From Mayamaea pseudoterrestris (Eukaryota): a DNA stretch of 64,000 nt. Shown one piece after another: positions 24,118 through 36,304 of this stretch. The position numbers were made by a program, and so were the translations under genes. The notes beneath the pieces were generated by a model that saw nothing but the letters and a program-made list of their open reading frames with translations, was not told where the DNA came from and did no database searches. The stretch spans positions 2,046,001-2,110,000 of the forward strand of contig BROI01000001.1 in NCBI GenBank assembly GCA_027923505.1, in the 5' to 3' direction. Each line of letters opens with the position of its first letter. Position 1 is the stretch's first letter.

Positions 24118-24138
24118 AAATTATTAGCGTTGTATCTA

Positions 24139-26166
24139 TCACGTTGAGCCCCTGCCGTTTGATGCGTAGGAAGTGTGTTTTCCTTGTTGTTGCAACTGGA
24201 GCATTTGATCCATGGTCGCTTCCATAAGCTTCATCGATTCTTTTGCTTGGCGGACATCTCTCAGAAGAAAGAGCTGCATCACAGCAATTGAAAGGACAAA
24301 CGGCAGTAGTGGTTGCCGACGAAGCGAGTCCCAGTAACTCATGTGAACGGGCTTTGTTATCACTTTCTTCACTGGCTTCTCTGTCGCAGTCGTAACAGCG
24401 TCCCCCAAAGCTGCACCCATGTATTTTGCAAATACTTGAAAGGAAGATTTGCACTCCGACGATGTCGTTCGGCTGATAATGCCTTTGAGCATGGTGGACT
24501 TCACAAAGACAATATCAAACTCAATCGTCACAGCGACCTTGTCCCCTCGAGCCTCCACTAGCACGCGATCAGAGACATAAAAGCAGTCCACCATGGGTAC
24601 ATCTTTGACAATAGTTTTTGTTTCCAGTACGAGTCCGTGTTTGCCATAACGTCGAAGCGATTGATCCTTTCTCGCAGCTGCCTGCGGTGGCGCCATTGGA
24701 GCATTGACTGGGTGTATATATGATATGGTTCGAGTGTCGTTGGAGCCTTGGTTGCTCCATGGTGATGCCTTTAATTCGGAGTCTCCGCGGCTTTCCATAA
24801 ATTTGGAAATCGAATGATTAGCGTCGTCGTGCAGAAACAGCTCGTGGAACCTGTCCAGGTCGCAGTCCAGCACATGGTTAGTGACCACCTTTGTCGGATA
24901 ATTGTTTTCAGTGATAAGTTTCTCCCAGTCCTCTTGGTCCGTTTTCGCGGGGCTGTCCGAGCTAGGGATAGGTTCCTCATGTGATGCTTGCTCGAGCTGA
25001 GTTTCATTTGCCACCCCCGATGAGTCCGCTACATCCACTGCCTGACCATCAACCTCCTTCCGAGACGCTAACAGCGAATCAGAGGTTGTGCTGTGGCTTA
25101 GTCTGCCTTGTCGGTCACCAGGTTGAACACGTTCCTTGTGAAGCGCCTGCAGTGACGACTCTATTCCAGCGGCATTGTGTACGCGACTAAAGCAATGTGT
25201 CGCTGCCGATGCATCGCTGTCACCATTGACAATTATCTGAATCACTGCAGCGACATTTTCGTCGTCCAAATTCACTGCGTCGAGTTGCTTTATGTGTTGT
25301 ATGTCTTTCCAGTGCATCAAGACTTTCAGCTTGCCCCAAAAAACAAATTTGTGACCGACAAAGTAGATTGCTTCGTTGCCGGCATAAAGCTTGCCGTCGA
25401 CGCCATTGTATTGACATGACATTGGCGGAAGGGAAAGCTTACCAGCAATAGCTTCCACGGCTTGAACATCCAATGTAGTTGCTCCTACTTGCGTAAGCTG
25501 ATGGTCGATGTAAGCCGACGCTGCCTGGGAGAGGGACGAAATGTTGGGTCGCTTTTCTGACTCATCGTCATCTGCTGCATCTCCAGGAGCAAGGGGCTTT
25601 GGCACCTCATCATCCGGCAAGCTTGAGCTACTCGAACGAGTTGTAGGTCCCAGAAGCTTGGAATCGGAATTGGTCCGTTCGAGCACGCTTTCGACTGGGG
25701 TTGACACTTGCTTGACTGACGAGGTCGAATCTGCCGGTTCCATGAGTGCATCATTGTAAACATTCATCAGGAAAGCCCACATCTGGTCTCTTTTATATGT
25801 ATGATCCGTAAGAGTAAAGACATGGCTGATTTCTCGCGTTGTGTCGTCGTTCAAAACAGTGATGTCAATACCATGTTCCTTCCATTTTAGGATTTGCTTG
25901 ACAGTTTCCCATCGCAAAAGCTCCATCTTGTCCTCCAGTAGCAGATATGAGGTCATACCTGTAAAATATAATGCTTCATTTCCTACATAGAGAGTCCCTG
26001 CGATTCCTTGATAGTCAATTCTAGGATATTCGCCCAAGATATCGCTCCCCAAAATGCTTTCCACATTCAACGTTGTTCGGCGCACCACCAAGCTTGACAA
26101 GTTTTCCGACATGTTATCCGACCAGCAAGCAGCGACACACAAAAACAGCAACACCAATAAGGGCAT
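24139..26166 (-). CDS. GRAM-GRAM-VASt (StARkin) lipid-transfer protein, Lam/Aster/GRAMD1-like (start could be 26112)
   Basis: Two GRAM-like units (GTLYVGNEALYF; GKLYAGNEAIYF), a VASt domain (RTISYIHPVNAPMAP…DVPMVDCFYV…FVKSTMLKGII) and a C-terminal TM plus coiled coil. Confidence 0.85.
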   Translation of the reverse strand: MPLLVLLFLCVAACWSDNMSENLSSLVVRRTTLNVESILGSDILGEYPRIDYQGIAGTLYVGNEALYFTGMTSYLLLEDKMELLRWETVKQILKWKEHGIDITVLNDDTTREISHVFTLTDHTYKRDQMWAFLMNVYNDALMEPADSTSSVKQVSTPVESVLERTNSDSKLLGPTTRSSSSSLPDDEVPKPLAPGDAADDDESEKRPNISSLSQAASAYIDHQLTQVGATTLDVQAVEAIAGKLSLPPMSCQYNGVDGKLYAGNEAIYFVGHKFVFWGKLKVLMHWKDIQHIKQLDAVNLDDENVAAVIQIIVNGDSDASAATHCFSRVHNAAGIESSLQALHKERVQPGDRQGRLSHSTTSDSLLASRKEVDGQAVDVADSSGVANETQLEQASHEEPIPSSDSPAKTDQEDWEKLITENNYPTKVVTNHVLDCDLDRFHELFLHDDANHSISKFMESRGDSELKASPWSNQGSNDTRTISYIHPVNAPMAPPQAAARKDQSLRRYGKHGLVLETKTIVKDVPMVDCFYVSDRVLVEARGDKVAVTIEFDIVFVKSTMLKGIISRTTSSECKSSFQVFAKYMGAALGDAVTTATEKPVKKVITKPVHMSYWDSLRRQPLLPFVLSIAVMQLFLLRDVRQAKESMKLMEATMDQMLQLQQQGKHTSYASNGRGST

Positions 26167-26381
26167 GTGGGGAGTGAGTGTTAGACGCTTGATGTAATCA
26201 CTTGCTTATCGAAAGGAAGGAGATGATTGAAGAGTGAAGCCGCATCCGATGCAAATGATCGAATCTGCGATGGCATTGACGTCGTCAAACCGGTACGACA
26301 TTTACTTTTCTTTTTGGAAACGGATGACGACCATCAAAGCGTCACATCTCCCATCTCCTACCTGTCCCTCCAACCACCAGC

Positions 26382-27188
26382 ATGAGCGTTGACACTTCAA
26401 TCGAAACTAGCATTACCCAAGCAGTGAACAAGTACTTGGAAGACAACCATGGAAGCTTGGATCCCATTGCGAAGCGACAAATTAAATCATGGAACTTTGA
26501 ATGGACTAGCGCTGGGCCTTTAACTGACGAACCAATAGGGACTACATTAAGACCTTCCGACACTTTTTCGGGACAACTGACATGGAAGATTGGCAACTCT
26601 GAACATCCAATTCATCTTGTTTTATCAAGCTCCTGCGTCTGGACGGAGACGAGTCTCGACTGGACGTGCCGTGTGCGAGCCGAGGTTGCGCAGCCGCCGA
26701 CCGAAACGAAGCAACGAAAGATTTTCAAACGACTGCTTGAACGACTCGAAAAGGATGACTACATTTCTAAATTGTTTGTGAACGGAAAGAAGAAGGACAA
26801 GGAACGCGACGCCAATGATGATGTTGGTGAGGACGACTCTTCCCCTGACGGTCCCATTCTCGCGGAAGCTAGCATTCGCACCCCAAATAGCGGCTTGGAG
26901 GAGCGCGTCTTTACTGATCCAGACGTTGCCGAAGGCCTTAGAAGATCAATTTGGAACACGGCTCAGGATCCTATTGATATACTAGAGTTTGTGATTCAGT
27001 ATCTTCCATTGTTGCCGTGTGTTGGCTCGTCGCTCGAGCAGCGGCAGCCGTCAATGACTAAATTGGCCAATCGCGCCGCTCTGCGACTATTGGAGGATGC
27101 CATGTGTGATGCTTGTGAAAGGGAAGGTGAAGAGGAGCTTGTGCAAGATTTGCACATACAACAAAAGAAGGTTCGAACGGAGGATTGA
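26382..27188 (+). CDS. Hypothetical protein
   Basis: 268-aa ATG ORF with protein-like composition. No recognised motif. Confidence 0.65.
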   Translation: MSVDTSIETSITQAVNKYLEDNHGSLDPIAKRQIKSWNFEWTSAGPLTDEPIGTTLRPSDTFSGQLTWKIGNSEHPIHLVLSSSCVWTETSLDWTCRVRAEVAQPPTETKQRKIFKRLLERLEKDDYISKLFVNGKKKDKERDANDDVGEDDSSPDGPILAEASIRTPNSGLEERVFTDPDVAEGLRRSIWNTAQDPIDILEFVIQYLPLLPCVGSSLEQRQPSMTKLANRAALRLLEDAMCDACEREGEEELVQDLHIQQKKVRTED

Positions 27189-27862
27189 CTTTGCATTGAT
27201 TTAAGCCAGTCCCTGTTATGCAACTTTGTTGGAGTGGAGAAGTTAAATACACCAATGTAACCAGATTTTGTAAACTCGCATACTATAGTTATTTATAGAC
27301 GGTGCAGATCAAAGTAAAGCACGGAGCTGATCGGCAAAGAAGGCGGAGCTGTGCGTGAACTGTGAGTCGTTCAGGAGTCGACCACGACTTACCTGTGGCC
27401 TCATTCGGAACTGTCATAAGCTACTTTATGCTACTTATACATGAGGACAAGGTGTTCCTGAGTCCTGAGACGGTAAATAGCTAATGCTACGCATGCTTTG
27501 ATATCAAAGGTGAGCATCAAGCTGTCTCTGGCCAGCGCAAGCAGTCTTGCAGTCTTGTCGTGACGGCCGTTGTTGGGCCTGCAAATGGCCTAGGATGTCC
27601 TAAACCATTGGGGGCAATTGATTGACACAGGCTATGGGACAATACATGCATGAGTCATGGTACGACCACATTACATTGACTATAGTCTATCTTGTACACA
27701 TGTGACATTCAATGATTCACGTGGTCTTCCTTTGAACTTCAATGTGGGCCAACGCACGGGACGAAAATGTCATTGATGACCAGACTTAATTATTCTACCG
27801 TCGCTTGCACATTTTCAAAATTTGATTGACAATCGACTTGCTATCTTCGACTACAAGCAACC

Positions 27863-28388
27863 ATGATCGGATATGAAGATGTTATGAATGTTGTCACCTC
27901 GTGGGACCTTCTCAAGGCACAGCCAAACTTTCGAGAGACTGCAGGAGAGCTGATTTTCGTCCGGTAAGTCGTCGATTCATGATTGCAATGATGGATGATG
28001 GATGGATTCATTTCTCACTGCCAATTGCTTCCACGATTACAGAATCTTTGAATTCGACACAGACTTGATGAAGCTTTTCAAGTTTGACAAGGCCGATGTC
28101 AGAGCCAACGCCAAATTCCGAGCTCACGCCGACTCCATGGTGGACATGATGGACATGGCGGTCTCGCTCCTTGGGCCAGATTTGGATCCTCTGGCGGAAG
28201 ATTTGCTTGACCTTGGCAAGCGACACATTGCCTATGGAGTGCAAATGGAGTATCTGCCGATTATGGAGCGCGCGGTCTTGCATGCAATGGAAGAAATGCT
28301 GCAAAAGAATTTCACTTCAAAGGACCGAAAATCATGGGAGCTAGTCTTTCATTTCATGATCACCAATATGATCAAGGGCATGCGCTGA
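27863..28388 (+). CDS. Single-domain 3/3 globin (intron 27964-28042)
   Basis: Exon 1 MIGYEDVMNVVTSWDLLK…AGELIFVR, then phase-2 intron, then IFE…KLFKF (CD1 Phe), FRAHA (distal E7 His) and LGKRHIAYGV (proximal F8 His). Confidence 0.9.
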
Positions 28389-28683
28389 TCATGTAGACAG
28401 TCAGTGCCTACCGCATTACTTCATTTCATATATTAAATCCGACCAACAGTAACTCTGTTATATGCGAGTAAGCAGAGTAGTCGTGATCTCGGTCGTGAAG
28501 AAAACGATGCGCATGTGCCAGTACGACGTAACCTCATCCTCAAGTACCATCCATTGCTTTGCGACATCCAAATCGTCGGAACGCGCAAAGGATTCGCTGA
28601 TCCATGACACGCTCATTTGCAATATTCTCTGGCAGAACTTGGTCTCTCACTGTCCTTTCAGCATCATTATCCACTACCAAACC

Positions 28684-29901
28684 ATGTCTCCTCGTGCCAA
28701 TCAAACAGAGGCAGTCGAAGAGTCGTCGGTCGGATCGTTTCACGAGGTTGATCGCGTGGAAATGGACGATTCGGATCACGACGAAGACGCTTCATCGTCA
28801 TCGCTCCGTTCGGCGTCACTTGTAAATCTCACCACGGACAGCAAAACGGCCAAGGCGCATAATGGTTGGATTTGGAATTTGATTGGACTTTTTTCTATTT
28901 TGGGTTTTGGCATGTCCGCCTTTTTGATGAATCAACTCGTTCATGCGCGCGAGGAGCTCGAGGCGATCCGCAGCGACTCCGAGACGTTGTTCGCTCACAA
29001 GCAAATCATCAACAAGAACGCAAAGGCGCATAACTGGCTTGCAGGTCGTGTAGAAAAGTTCTATATGAAGGTCGAGTCGCTAGAGCAAGACGTTGCTGCT
29101 AGTATGGACGTTTTGTCGCAAGAAACGAGTCGTTGGGAAGATGCGTTTTTGAACGTTGCTGATGAATTGCATAATGCCACCTCTTCTCTGCGCGAGCTTG
29201 AGACGGAGGTCGCGGCTTACAAGTCACGTAGTCTTGGAAGCGACTCGCTAAAAGCGGAGCTCGATCCAGTGCCGCAGTTGCTCATGCGTGACATTTGGTC
29301 GGATGATGAACGTGAGGTTGTGCAAGCGATGAACACTTTGCTGACCTTTGCGCGCGATGAAAGCCTCGTCGACAAGAAGCTCAGTCTAGGTTTTGGGCAT
29401 GTCAATGTCATTTTGATCATGGCTCGATGGAAAGACTCGGTTTCTATTCAGCGTTACGGTTGCCAGATGTTGAGTACATTGCCCCAAGCCATGCTCAAGC
29501 ATGCGGCGTCAGTCGGCGCTCTTGATGCCGTGCTGTTAGCGATGAAGCGCTTTCCAAGCGACGAACATTTGCAAGAGCAGGCTCTTTATACCTTGCATCA
29601 TCTTGTTGCCAAAAATTCCGGTAACATGATGCGATTGGTGGAGCGCTTGACCGCCATGCCGATTGTGCTCGACGCGATGCGCTCGTTTCCTGACAGCGCC
29701 GTCGCTCAGTTTTACGGCATTCGACTTCTCAAGGTATTGGGTTCAAAGCATCAATTTGTTGCTGCAATCATTGAAGCTGGCGGCCTGGTGGTTCTCGGTG
29801 ATACGTATGCGCGTTGGCTTTATAGTGTCGACGAGCTTGAGAAAGGTGTCGTGGAGCTGGCTCGCACGACCATGGCAAGCTTGGTCAGCAAGGCAGCCTA
29901 G
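28684..29901 (+). CDS. Single-pass membrane protein with coiled coil and C-terminal armadillo-like repeats
   Basis: TM WIWNLIGLFSILGFGMSAFL, then heptads, then repeats such as GALDAVLLAMKRFPSDEHLQEQALYTLHHL. Confidence 0.7.
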   Translation: MSPRANQTEAVEESSVGSFHEVDRVEMDDSDHDEDASSSSLRSASLVNLTTDSKTAKAHNGWIWNLIGLFSILGFGMSAFLMNQLVHAREELEAIRSDSETLFAHKQIINKNAKAHNWLAGRVEKFYMKVESLEQDVAASMDVLSQETSRWEDAFLNVADELHNATSSLRELETEVAAYKSRSLGSDSLKAELDPVPQLLMRDIWSDDEREVVQAMNTLLTFARDESLVDKKLSLGFGHVNVILIMARWKDSVSIQRYGCQMLSTLPQAMLKHAASVGALDAVLLAMKRFPSDEHLQEQALYTLHHLVAKNSGNMMRLVERLTAMPIVLDAMRSFPDSAVAQFYGIRLLKVLGSKHQFVAAIIEAGGLVVLGDTYARWLYSVDELEKGVVELARTTMASLVSKAA

Positions 29902-30057
29902 CGAATTACTTTTGAGTCCTACTCGCTGCTGGTAGATGATATTTACAGTAATTCTTGATACATTACTTATATCTATTTATTCAAATTCAAGCAACAATGC
30001 GCTAAACCAGTAGTAGCATCAGCAAATGAATCATCCTCATCGCAAGGAACCAACAAA

Positions 30058-33000
30058 TCAGCGCTTTCCCCTGTAAGCACGGTTCATTTCTTGGCGTCTG
30101 CGGTCATCCATGGCCTGTTGTTGCTTCTTGAGTTGTCGGAATCGTTCGCGGATCGCCATGCAATTCGGCACAGGGCACTTGTTTGCCTTGCATTGTCGAG
30201 CGTGGATTTGAAGAAGGGCCCAAATGCGCTTGCACACATTGCATCCTCCAGATGCCTTGACCTGGCACTGAGCACCGTGTTTCAAAAGGCCCTTCATTTT
30301 GGTACAGTTGGCTGAAGGGCACTTTGACGAGTTGCAAGTCGCCGCGTGCAGCAATAGGGTCATATGCAGCTGTATACTTCGCTGCCGCTCCTTTCGCTGC
30401 GCCGCAGTCAACTCTTGCTGCTGACCACTACCAACAGGCATGGGTTTGAGCTGATGAGGATGGCGTGGGATTTTCGGATTTTGGACGCAGTCTTGGCACT
30501 GGTCAAAGTCGGCACATATAGAGCAATGGAAGCGATAGCCCGCCAGAATCTCGCGTGAACACGTCGCACATTGCTGTACAAATTTTGGAGCGTCGCGGTT
30601 GTGAAGGTGCCACAAAACCATCATCGATGAGTGCTTGGCCCTTCGAAGCATATCAAACTGATAATGGTTGCCTTGGCACAAATTCAAAAACGCTTGTCGA
30701 TTATTCAGAAATTCGCAGTCCAATTCTTCTTCGTCGTCGTCGAGTACCTTTACTATACGACCTCTGCTATCCGTCGTGGTGAGATTCTTTAGCTCTTTCT
30801 CGCTCTTCTTATTCTCCTCTTTCACAACGACGGTGTCATCGCTCTTAACGTTGCCGTCGACGTCGCGTTTCTTCGCCGCCATTGCAGCAAACTTACCCTT
30901 TCGATGCGCAATGTCAGCTGGAACTTGCGTCGTAGGAGCTGCCTCACTCGGTGGGTCCGTTGTCGTCTCAATACCATTCGACTTCGCTTCCTCGACTTGC
31001 GACTCTATCTGCCCGGGCTGAGACGGCACTTCTTCTGGTTTCGCCTCGGCATTAGAAGGCGTCTCCAAGTTTTGGTCTGCCGCTACAGCTACTCCATCCG
31101 TTGACGGATCAGTACTTTGTTCTGTCGCTTCGGCTCCAGACTCTTTCGAATCTTCCTCCATCGGTTGTGGACCTGCCGAAAGCGTAGTTTCTGGGGCAGC
31201 ATCACCTTGTTCGGCAACAGCAACCTCCGAGTTTGAACAATCAGGATTTTCCTGCTTTGCTTCACTGTCGTTGGAAAGACCATCCGCGATTGGGGCAGCA
31301 ATGACAGGCGCACTTGCGTCGCTAGAGGACAATGTTTTGGCGGCTTCATTACCATCGGAATTAGGTGCGTTTAGAGTTGTTGCTGCTGGTGCTCCTTCTC
31401 CATTCTTCTTGTCCGACGGTGCTTCTTCCTCCTTTGCAACAATTAAACCCGTGATAAGCTCGTCGTCGTCGACTTCAGGCAGCTTCCACGTTATGTTGTG
31501 TTGGTCGCGATACTCTTGTATTTCCTTCGGAACAGTCATGTACTCTTCCTTTGTGCCTCTCCATCCAAGATGAGCCACAATGAAACTTTCTTTCATGGGT
31601 TGAATCGTCTCGCCAAGTTTCATCATAACGTAGTCTCGAGCACCTTCTTCTAGGCTCTTTTGGTCTTGACCGGCGGGGAAGAAACCACTAGCTTTTAAAG
31701 CTTCCTCGTCGTAACCCGTTGATCGCGTGCCACTCCGACCGGACTTCTTTTTCTCCTTTGCTTTAGCCTTTTCCTTCTTTTTGCTGCCTTCCGAACTCGA
31801 CTTCTTACCAGACTTGCCTTCCTCGAGGTCCTTGATAATGTTTTCCACCTCAGCTGGAAAGTAGTCACCTTCCATGTATGGTACAATCGTCGCATCGTTC
31901 TTGGGATCGGCGAAGTACAGGTCGTACATGTTCGTAACAGTTCCAACGATACCTCGCCGTTGACATTCCACCAACATATCGATGTACCACTGACGCAGTC
32001 TGTCGTCTCGGGGAGTCTTTTGATCTTCCGGCTTGGCGTACAATATGTAGTCGTCGCCTTTCAAAGGCGGGCATGCCCAGATATGCGCCGTTGCATAACC
32101 CTTTCGACGAACATAGTCAAGATACGCGATCAAAATCTCGTGATAGATCAGTGTTCTCATCGATCGCGGCCTCATGTAATGGACACTGTCAAGATAGGAG
32201 ACGTAGACGGTTCGACTATTTGGCGCTGGGTTCTTCTCGTCGTGTTCATATACGTATAATCCAAATAGCACAACATCCACTCCGTCAAGATTCTGGAATA
32301 CAACAATGCACTTGCATCTGTAAGTGAACTCGTCCGGGTAGTTCTTAAACGCGTACCTCTTCTTCATGCGTTCTCGAACTTCCAGTCGCCGGTCCATCGA
32401 CGTAACTTGTCGAATCGTAATGTGGCCGCCCATTTGGATCTTGCTCATTGCTTCCTCGATAGATGTTTTCTCAACTTCAGATTTCTCCTTCGCCGTCCTA
32501 TCCATGTAATCATCGACACGCTTGCGGACATGATGTTCCAAAAATTCAGAGAGCTTCGTTCGAGGAAGTTCCTCGGCCATCGGCGTCGTAGACGTGCCAT
32601 CCAACTGACCATTGCGCTTGCGCTCCGAAATAGTGCATCGCGGACAAGCGTACTCAGATCGCTGATCCTTATTCTGCCGCGTATTGAACAAGGCGCAGAT
32701 TTGATGGACCCATCGTTCGCAGCGGTCACACTGCACCCAGCTTTCTTCGTGGACTTCATCATTCTTCTTTTTCGTCAATTCTTCCTTCTTGACCTGGATA
32801 TCCCCAAGATCAATTGGGAGATTGTCGCGGAGCTCTTGAAAGCACTGATGGCACCAGTGGTATTGGTTGTTGCCACCGACGTAGTAATAGCTGTTGCGGC
32901 GGATACGCTTCGAAGGACAGTTCATGCCATTGCAGTAGAAAACTGGCGGTTCGAATAACAATTTTTCGCACCCGCATAAACTGCACGCTTCGCCATTTCG

Positions 33001-35082
33001 TCGCTTGATGTCCTCCTCGCGGTTGACTTGTTCCATCATCTTGGCGTACTCTTCTTCGAAATTATCCTTCATCTCCTTTGCCATATTGTATACTACCGAG
33101 CCTTCAGGGTTGTAGAGCATAGCATTGTCAAATGTCAGTTTGCAATGATACTCGAACTCGTCAAGTTTGTGATAAACGCCATTTTCAACCTTCTTCCGAA
33201 TCGTGCCAAGATCCATCGGCTTTTTGATGACTTCAAAATAGTCAGGCAGTCCGAGTTCGACCGGATCGACAGGCGAATTGAAAACCCAACCATGCTGATG
33301 CGACTGCATAATTTTCAAAACGTCCATGCATTTCGTCTTCAGCTTGACCGGATTAAGTTGTAACCCTTGGTTCAATGAGGCCAAATGAGTTTCAATTTGC
33401 TCGACAGAAAAACAGTTGATCAGCGTATGGTCCTCGCGCGGCTTGGGCCCGCTATGTTTGGGCATGATGACCTGCCCATTCGAAAAAGCAAGACCAGGCG
33501 TATTCGCAACGGCTGGCCGGCCTGGATGCATCACCATATTCGGTCGAGACGCAGGTGCTCCTGGCGGTTGTGGCTGCTGCATTGACATCTGTTGCTGTTG
33601 TATCATTTGCTGCTGCTGTGGCAGTTGCGGCATCTGCTGCGAGGCGAAATCAGATGCAGGCCCCAAACCCCCGTCATTCGTCCGTCTCCGCTTCGTCGCC
33701 GGCTCCATTGCTATCGCCGTAGGCGCCACTGAAGTACCTTGAGATAATTGGCCTTGCTGCGACTGCTGTTGGACCACCTGCCGATGACTCTGCTTAAGTG
33801 CTTGCATTTGCTTTTGCTTCTCGTGACTTCGATGAATCGCTTCCCGCACCGGTCCACAGACTGGACAACGTACATCCTTGCAACGATGATAATGACTCAG
33901 AACATAGCGACTTGATACGCAATGAGGCACCAAACACTTTTGATTCTTGCATTCAGCAATGTGCTTCCATAATCGCTTCATTCCAGCGCAATGTGGAGTG
34001 ACTGGGCACCGCCCATCGTCATGTTGGCACTTGGCGGCATGCCGCAGTAACAGTAACCGCTGCTGTTGATGCCTCAAAACTTGCTGTCGATCGGAAACGG
34101 TCCGAGACGCTGCGGCTGCCGCGGCAGAAGCTGCTCCATTCGCTCCTTCAACCGGCATCATTACTGCTTGTTGTTGTTGCTGCGGAGGCTGTGCAGACGC
34201 CAATGGCGCCGACGGCTGAAAGTTTAGCTGCTGCGGTAACTGCTGCAGAGGACGTTGCTGCGTCCCTTGCTGAGGCGCCATGACTGGATTAATGTCAGAA
34301 AGGTTCACCATCTGACTCTGCTGCGGCTGTGACTGCTGCTGCATCATTTGTGGCTGTGGCTGCTGGTTCGACAGTGGTTGAGGCTGCATTTGCATAGGCT
34401 GCGAAACCGTCGATGGCTGCTGCGCCATTGGCTGTCCAGGTTGCGGTGGACGTTGTTGCTGCATCATGGCTTGCTGTTGTTGCATCTTTTTCGTCTTCAT
34501 TCCAATATTAATGGCGAGCTGCTGCAGTCGATTCTTCAAGGTCGACGCATCATTGTATTCGTCAAATGACTTTGCGGATCGATACAAGCTTTCCTCCAGC
34601 CTCTTGGCCATTTGCGGTAGCTTCTTTAACCATTCTTGCGGCGCGTTTGGCTTTCGTTGCTGCAGCAAGTGTACAATCTTGGCAATCATTGTTCGGCGTT
34701 CCTGTATATCTCGATCAGACTGCCATCCGCCGTTTAAGCCAGGATGCTGGGCGTAACTCTGTTGTTGCTGCTGCTGCTGCTGCGGAACAGTTTGATGCTG
34801 TATTCCTTGCACAAACTGCTGCTGCTGAGGGGCAGATGCTGGTTGCTGATTATACTGCGAAGAGCTGGCTGCTGCTGCATGCTGAGGCGGATTTGACGAC
34901 GCTGCCGACATCATATTAGAAGACTGTGGTTGTTGCTGCTGCTGTAGATTGTATTGATGTTGCTGGTTTTCCTGCGGATTTGGCTGCCCATTATACGTGA
35001 TAGTCTGCTGCTGAACGGGTTGCTGCTGGGCTGATTGTTCACTTGGCGGTGGATACTGGATCGAAGTCGTCTGCAAGTCCAT
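30058..35082 (-). CDS. CBP/p300: CBP/p300-family histone acetyltransferase
   Basis: Gln-rich N-terminus, KIX-like helical bundle, TAZ1 ([10 protein letters not shown]), bromodomain ([16 protein letters not shown]), RING/PHD, HAT (YLDSVHY, HIWACPP..GDDY), ZZ and TAZ2. Single 1674-aa ORF. Confidence 0.97.
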   Translation of the reverse strand: MDLQTTSIQYPPPSEQSAQQQPVQQQTITYNGQPNPQENQQHQYNLQQQQQPQSSNMMSAASSNPPQHAAAASSSQYNQQPASAPQQQQFVQGIQHQTVPQQQQQQQQSYAQHPGLNGGWQSDRDIQERRTMIAKIVHLLQQRKPNAPQEWLKKLPQMAKRLEESLYRSAKSFDEYNDASTLKNRLQQLAINIGMKTKKMQQQQAMMQQQRPPQPGQPMAQQPSTVSQPMQMQPQPLSNQQPQPQMMQQQSQPQQSQMVNLSDINPVMAPQQGTQQRPLQQLPQQLNFQPSAPLASAQPPQQQQQAVMMPVEGANGAASAAAAAASRTVSDRQQVLRHQQQRLLLLRHAAKCQHDDGRCPVTPHCAGMKRLWKHIAECKNQKCLVPHCVSSRYVLSHYHRCKDVRCPVCGPVREAIHRSHEKQKQMQALKQSHRQVVQQQSQQGQLSQGTSVAPTAIAMEPATKRRRTNDGGLGPASDFASQQMPQLPQQQQMIQQQQMSMQQPQPPGAPASRPNMVMHPGRPAVANTPGLAFSNGQVIMPKHSGPKPREDHTLINCFSVEQIETHLASLNQGLQLNPVKLKTKCMDVLKIMQSHQHGWVFNSPVDPVELGLPDYFEVIKKPMDLGTIRKKVENGVYHKLDEFEYHCKLTFDNAMLYNPEGSVVYNMAKEMKDNFEEEYAKMMEQVNREEDIKRRNGEACSLCGCEKLLFEPPVFYCNGMNCPSKRIRRNSYYYVGGNNQYHWCHQCFQELRDNLPIDLGDIQVKKEELTKKKNDEVHEESWVQCDRCERWVHQICALFNTRQNKDQRSEYACPRCTISERKRNGQLDGTSTTPMAEELPRTKLSEFLEHHVRKRVDDYMDRTAKEKSEVEKTSIEEAMSKIQMGGHITIRQVTSMDRRLEVRERMKKRYAFKNYPDEFTYRCKCIVVFQNLDGVDVVLFGLYVYEHDEKNPAPNSRTVYVSYLDSVHYMRPRSMRTLIYHEILIAYLDYVRRKGYATAHIWACPPLKGDDYILYAKPEDQKTPRDDRLRQWYIDMLVECQRRGIVGTVTNMYDLYFADPKNDATIVPYMEGDYFPAEVENIIKDLEEGKSGKKSSSEGSKKKEKAKAKEKKKSGRSGTRSTGYDEEALKASGFFPAGQDQKSLEEGARDYVMMKLGETIQPMKESFIVAHLGWRGTKEEYMTVPKEIQEYRDQHNITWKLPEVDDDELITGLIVAKEEEAPSDKKNGEGAPAATTLNAPNSDGNEAAKTLSSSDASAPVIAAPIADGLSNDSEAKQENPDCSNSEVAVAEQGDAAPETTLSAGPQPMEEDSKESGAEATEQSTDPSTDGVAVAADQNLETPSNAEAKPEEVPSQPGQIESQVEEAKSNGIETTTDPPSEAAPTTQVPADIAHRKGKFAAMAAKKRDVDGNVKSDDTVVVKEENKKSEKELKNLTTTDSRGRIVKVLDDDEEELDCEFLNNRQAFLNLCQGNHYQFDMLRRAKHSSMMVLWHLHNRDAPKFVQQCATCSREILAGYRFHCSICADFDQCQDCVQNPKIPRHPHQLKPMPVGSGQQQELTAAQRKERQRSIQLHMTLLLHAATCNSSKCPSANCTKMKGLLKHGAQCQVKASGGCNVCKRIWALLQIHARQCKANKCPVPNCMAIRERFRQLKKQQQAMDDRRRQEMNRAYRGKR

Positions 35083-36304
35083 GGCTCTCCAAAAAGACTA
35101 CCGCCGCAACGCAATATTAATCAAGTACTAGATTTCACCCCTTTTATAAAGTAAATGTCGCGTTGTTCAATGGAAAGTCAAGTGATGGGCGGCAACAACG
35201 AGCAGCGTATTTGTTCTGTAAAACTGCAAGGCGAAATTAGTTAGGCATCGCTTCACGACGAACGAAGAAACCAAATGCATCTCAAGAAATAGATCTTTCA
35301 GACTTTGCATTCGCATATAATAAGTAACAACGACCAAGTCTGTCCGTGACAATTTACAAAAGCAAGCAAGCTTGATGGTATTTTCTCTTGAAAAATAAGG
35401 AAATCGCTGCATTGCGGCGGGAACAACCGCTCCAAAAATTCCTTTCTTCCGCAACAGCATTCACAAGGCAGTTATTTCCCTGCATGCACAATAGCGCAGC
35501 AATCAAAGCAAAAACAACCATCTTCTCCACCCATCAAGGCTCATCGACTTGCAGAATTTCCACTCGGCGTCACCTCCGCATCTGGGTCCGTAGAACGCCG
35601 TAGGAAGTCTACTATCCAGACTCGCACCACGCTATTTCTCGCGGCATTTTGCTCGGTTTCATGCCGGACAAATCTTCATTTCTTCCATATATTATATACG
35701 ACAGCTCATAAGCATCAATACTCTTCTCCATGGTGCACATACCTTGGTGACAATGGGTGTTCGTCCAGATCACAGACGCGCATCAACACGCGGCGCCGCT
35801 GGATCGTGTGGACGACGAAGGATCGCCTTCGACGTTTCAAAATTTGGTGCCGGTCCGATACATACAAAAACTGGAACAGCTGACGCGGCGTGCGACGAGA
35901 AATCGAAACGTTACTAGCAAGAAGACGTTATGAAGCGTTAAATCGACAGCAAGCCGAACTTTGTGACGGAACAGATTTTATCATTCATACCGTGTATCAT
36001 GCCTGCGATTGCCAGCAGTATACCAGCTCATAAACTTGCTTCTTGTAACTTCTCATACTCGAGGCATCTTAAGATCATTCTGAGTGCAGCGGCAGTCGAT
36101 TCTTCGTAATTGCGATAAAGGTCTACTAGCGCATAGTATGGTGCAACTTTAAATAAACTATGGTTTGTGCGCGAATGTAGCTTGTATTGCGTTTTCATAT
36201 AAATAAACCGTTGCTATACACAAGTGTTGCATTGCGGGTCAAAGCGTGACAACGCATGGCCTGGCCGACAATTGCCTATTGCAATCGCCAAGCGCGTAAC
36301 ATGC

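Noticed and set aside
33560..35040. CTG/TTG triplet runs resembling microsatellites or an array
   Set aside because: These are poly-Gln codons of CBP/p300. No CRISPR-like repeat-spacer structure is seen anywhere in the window.
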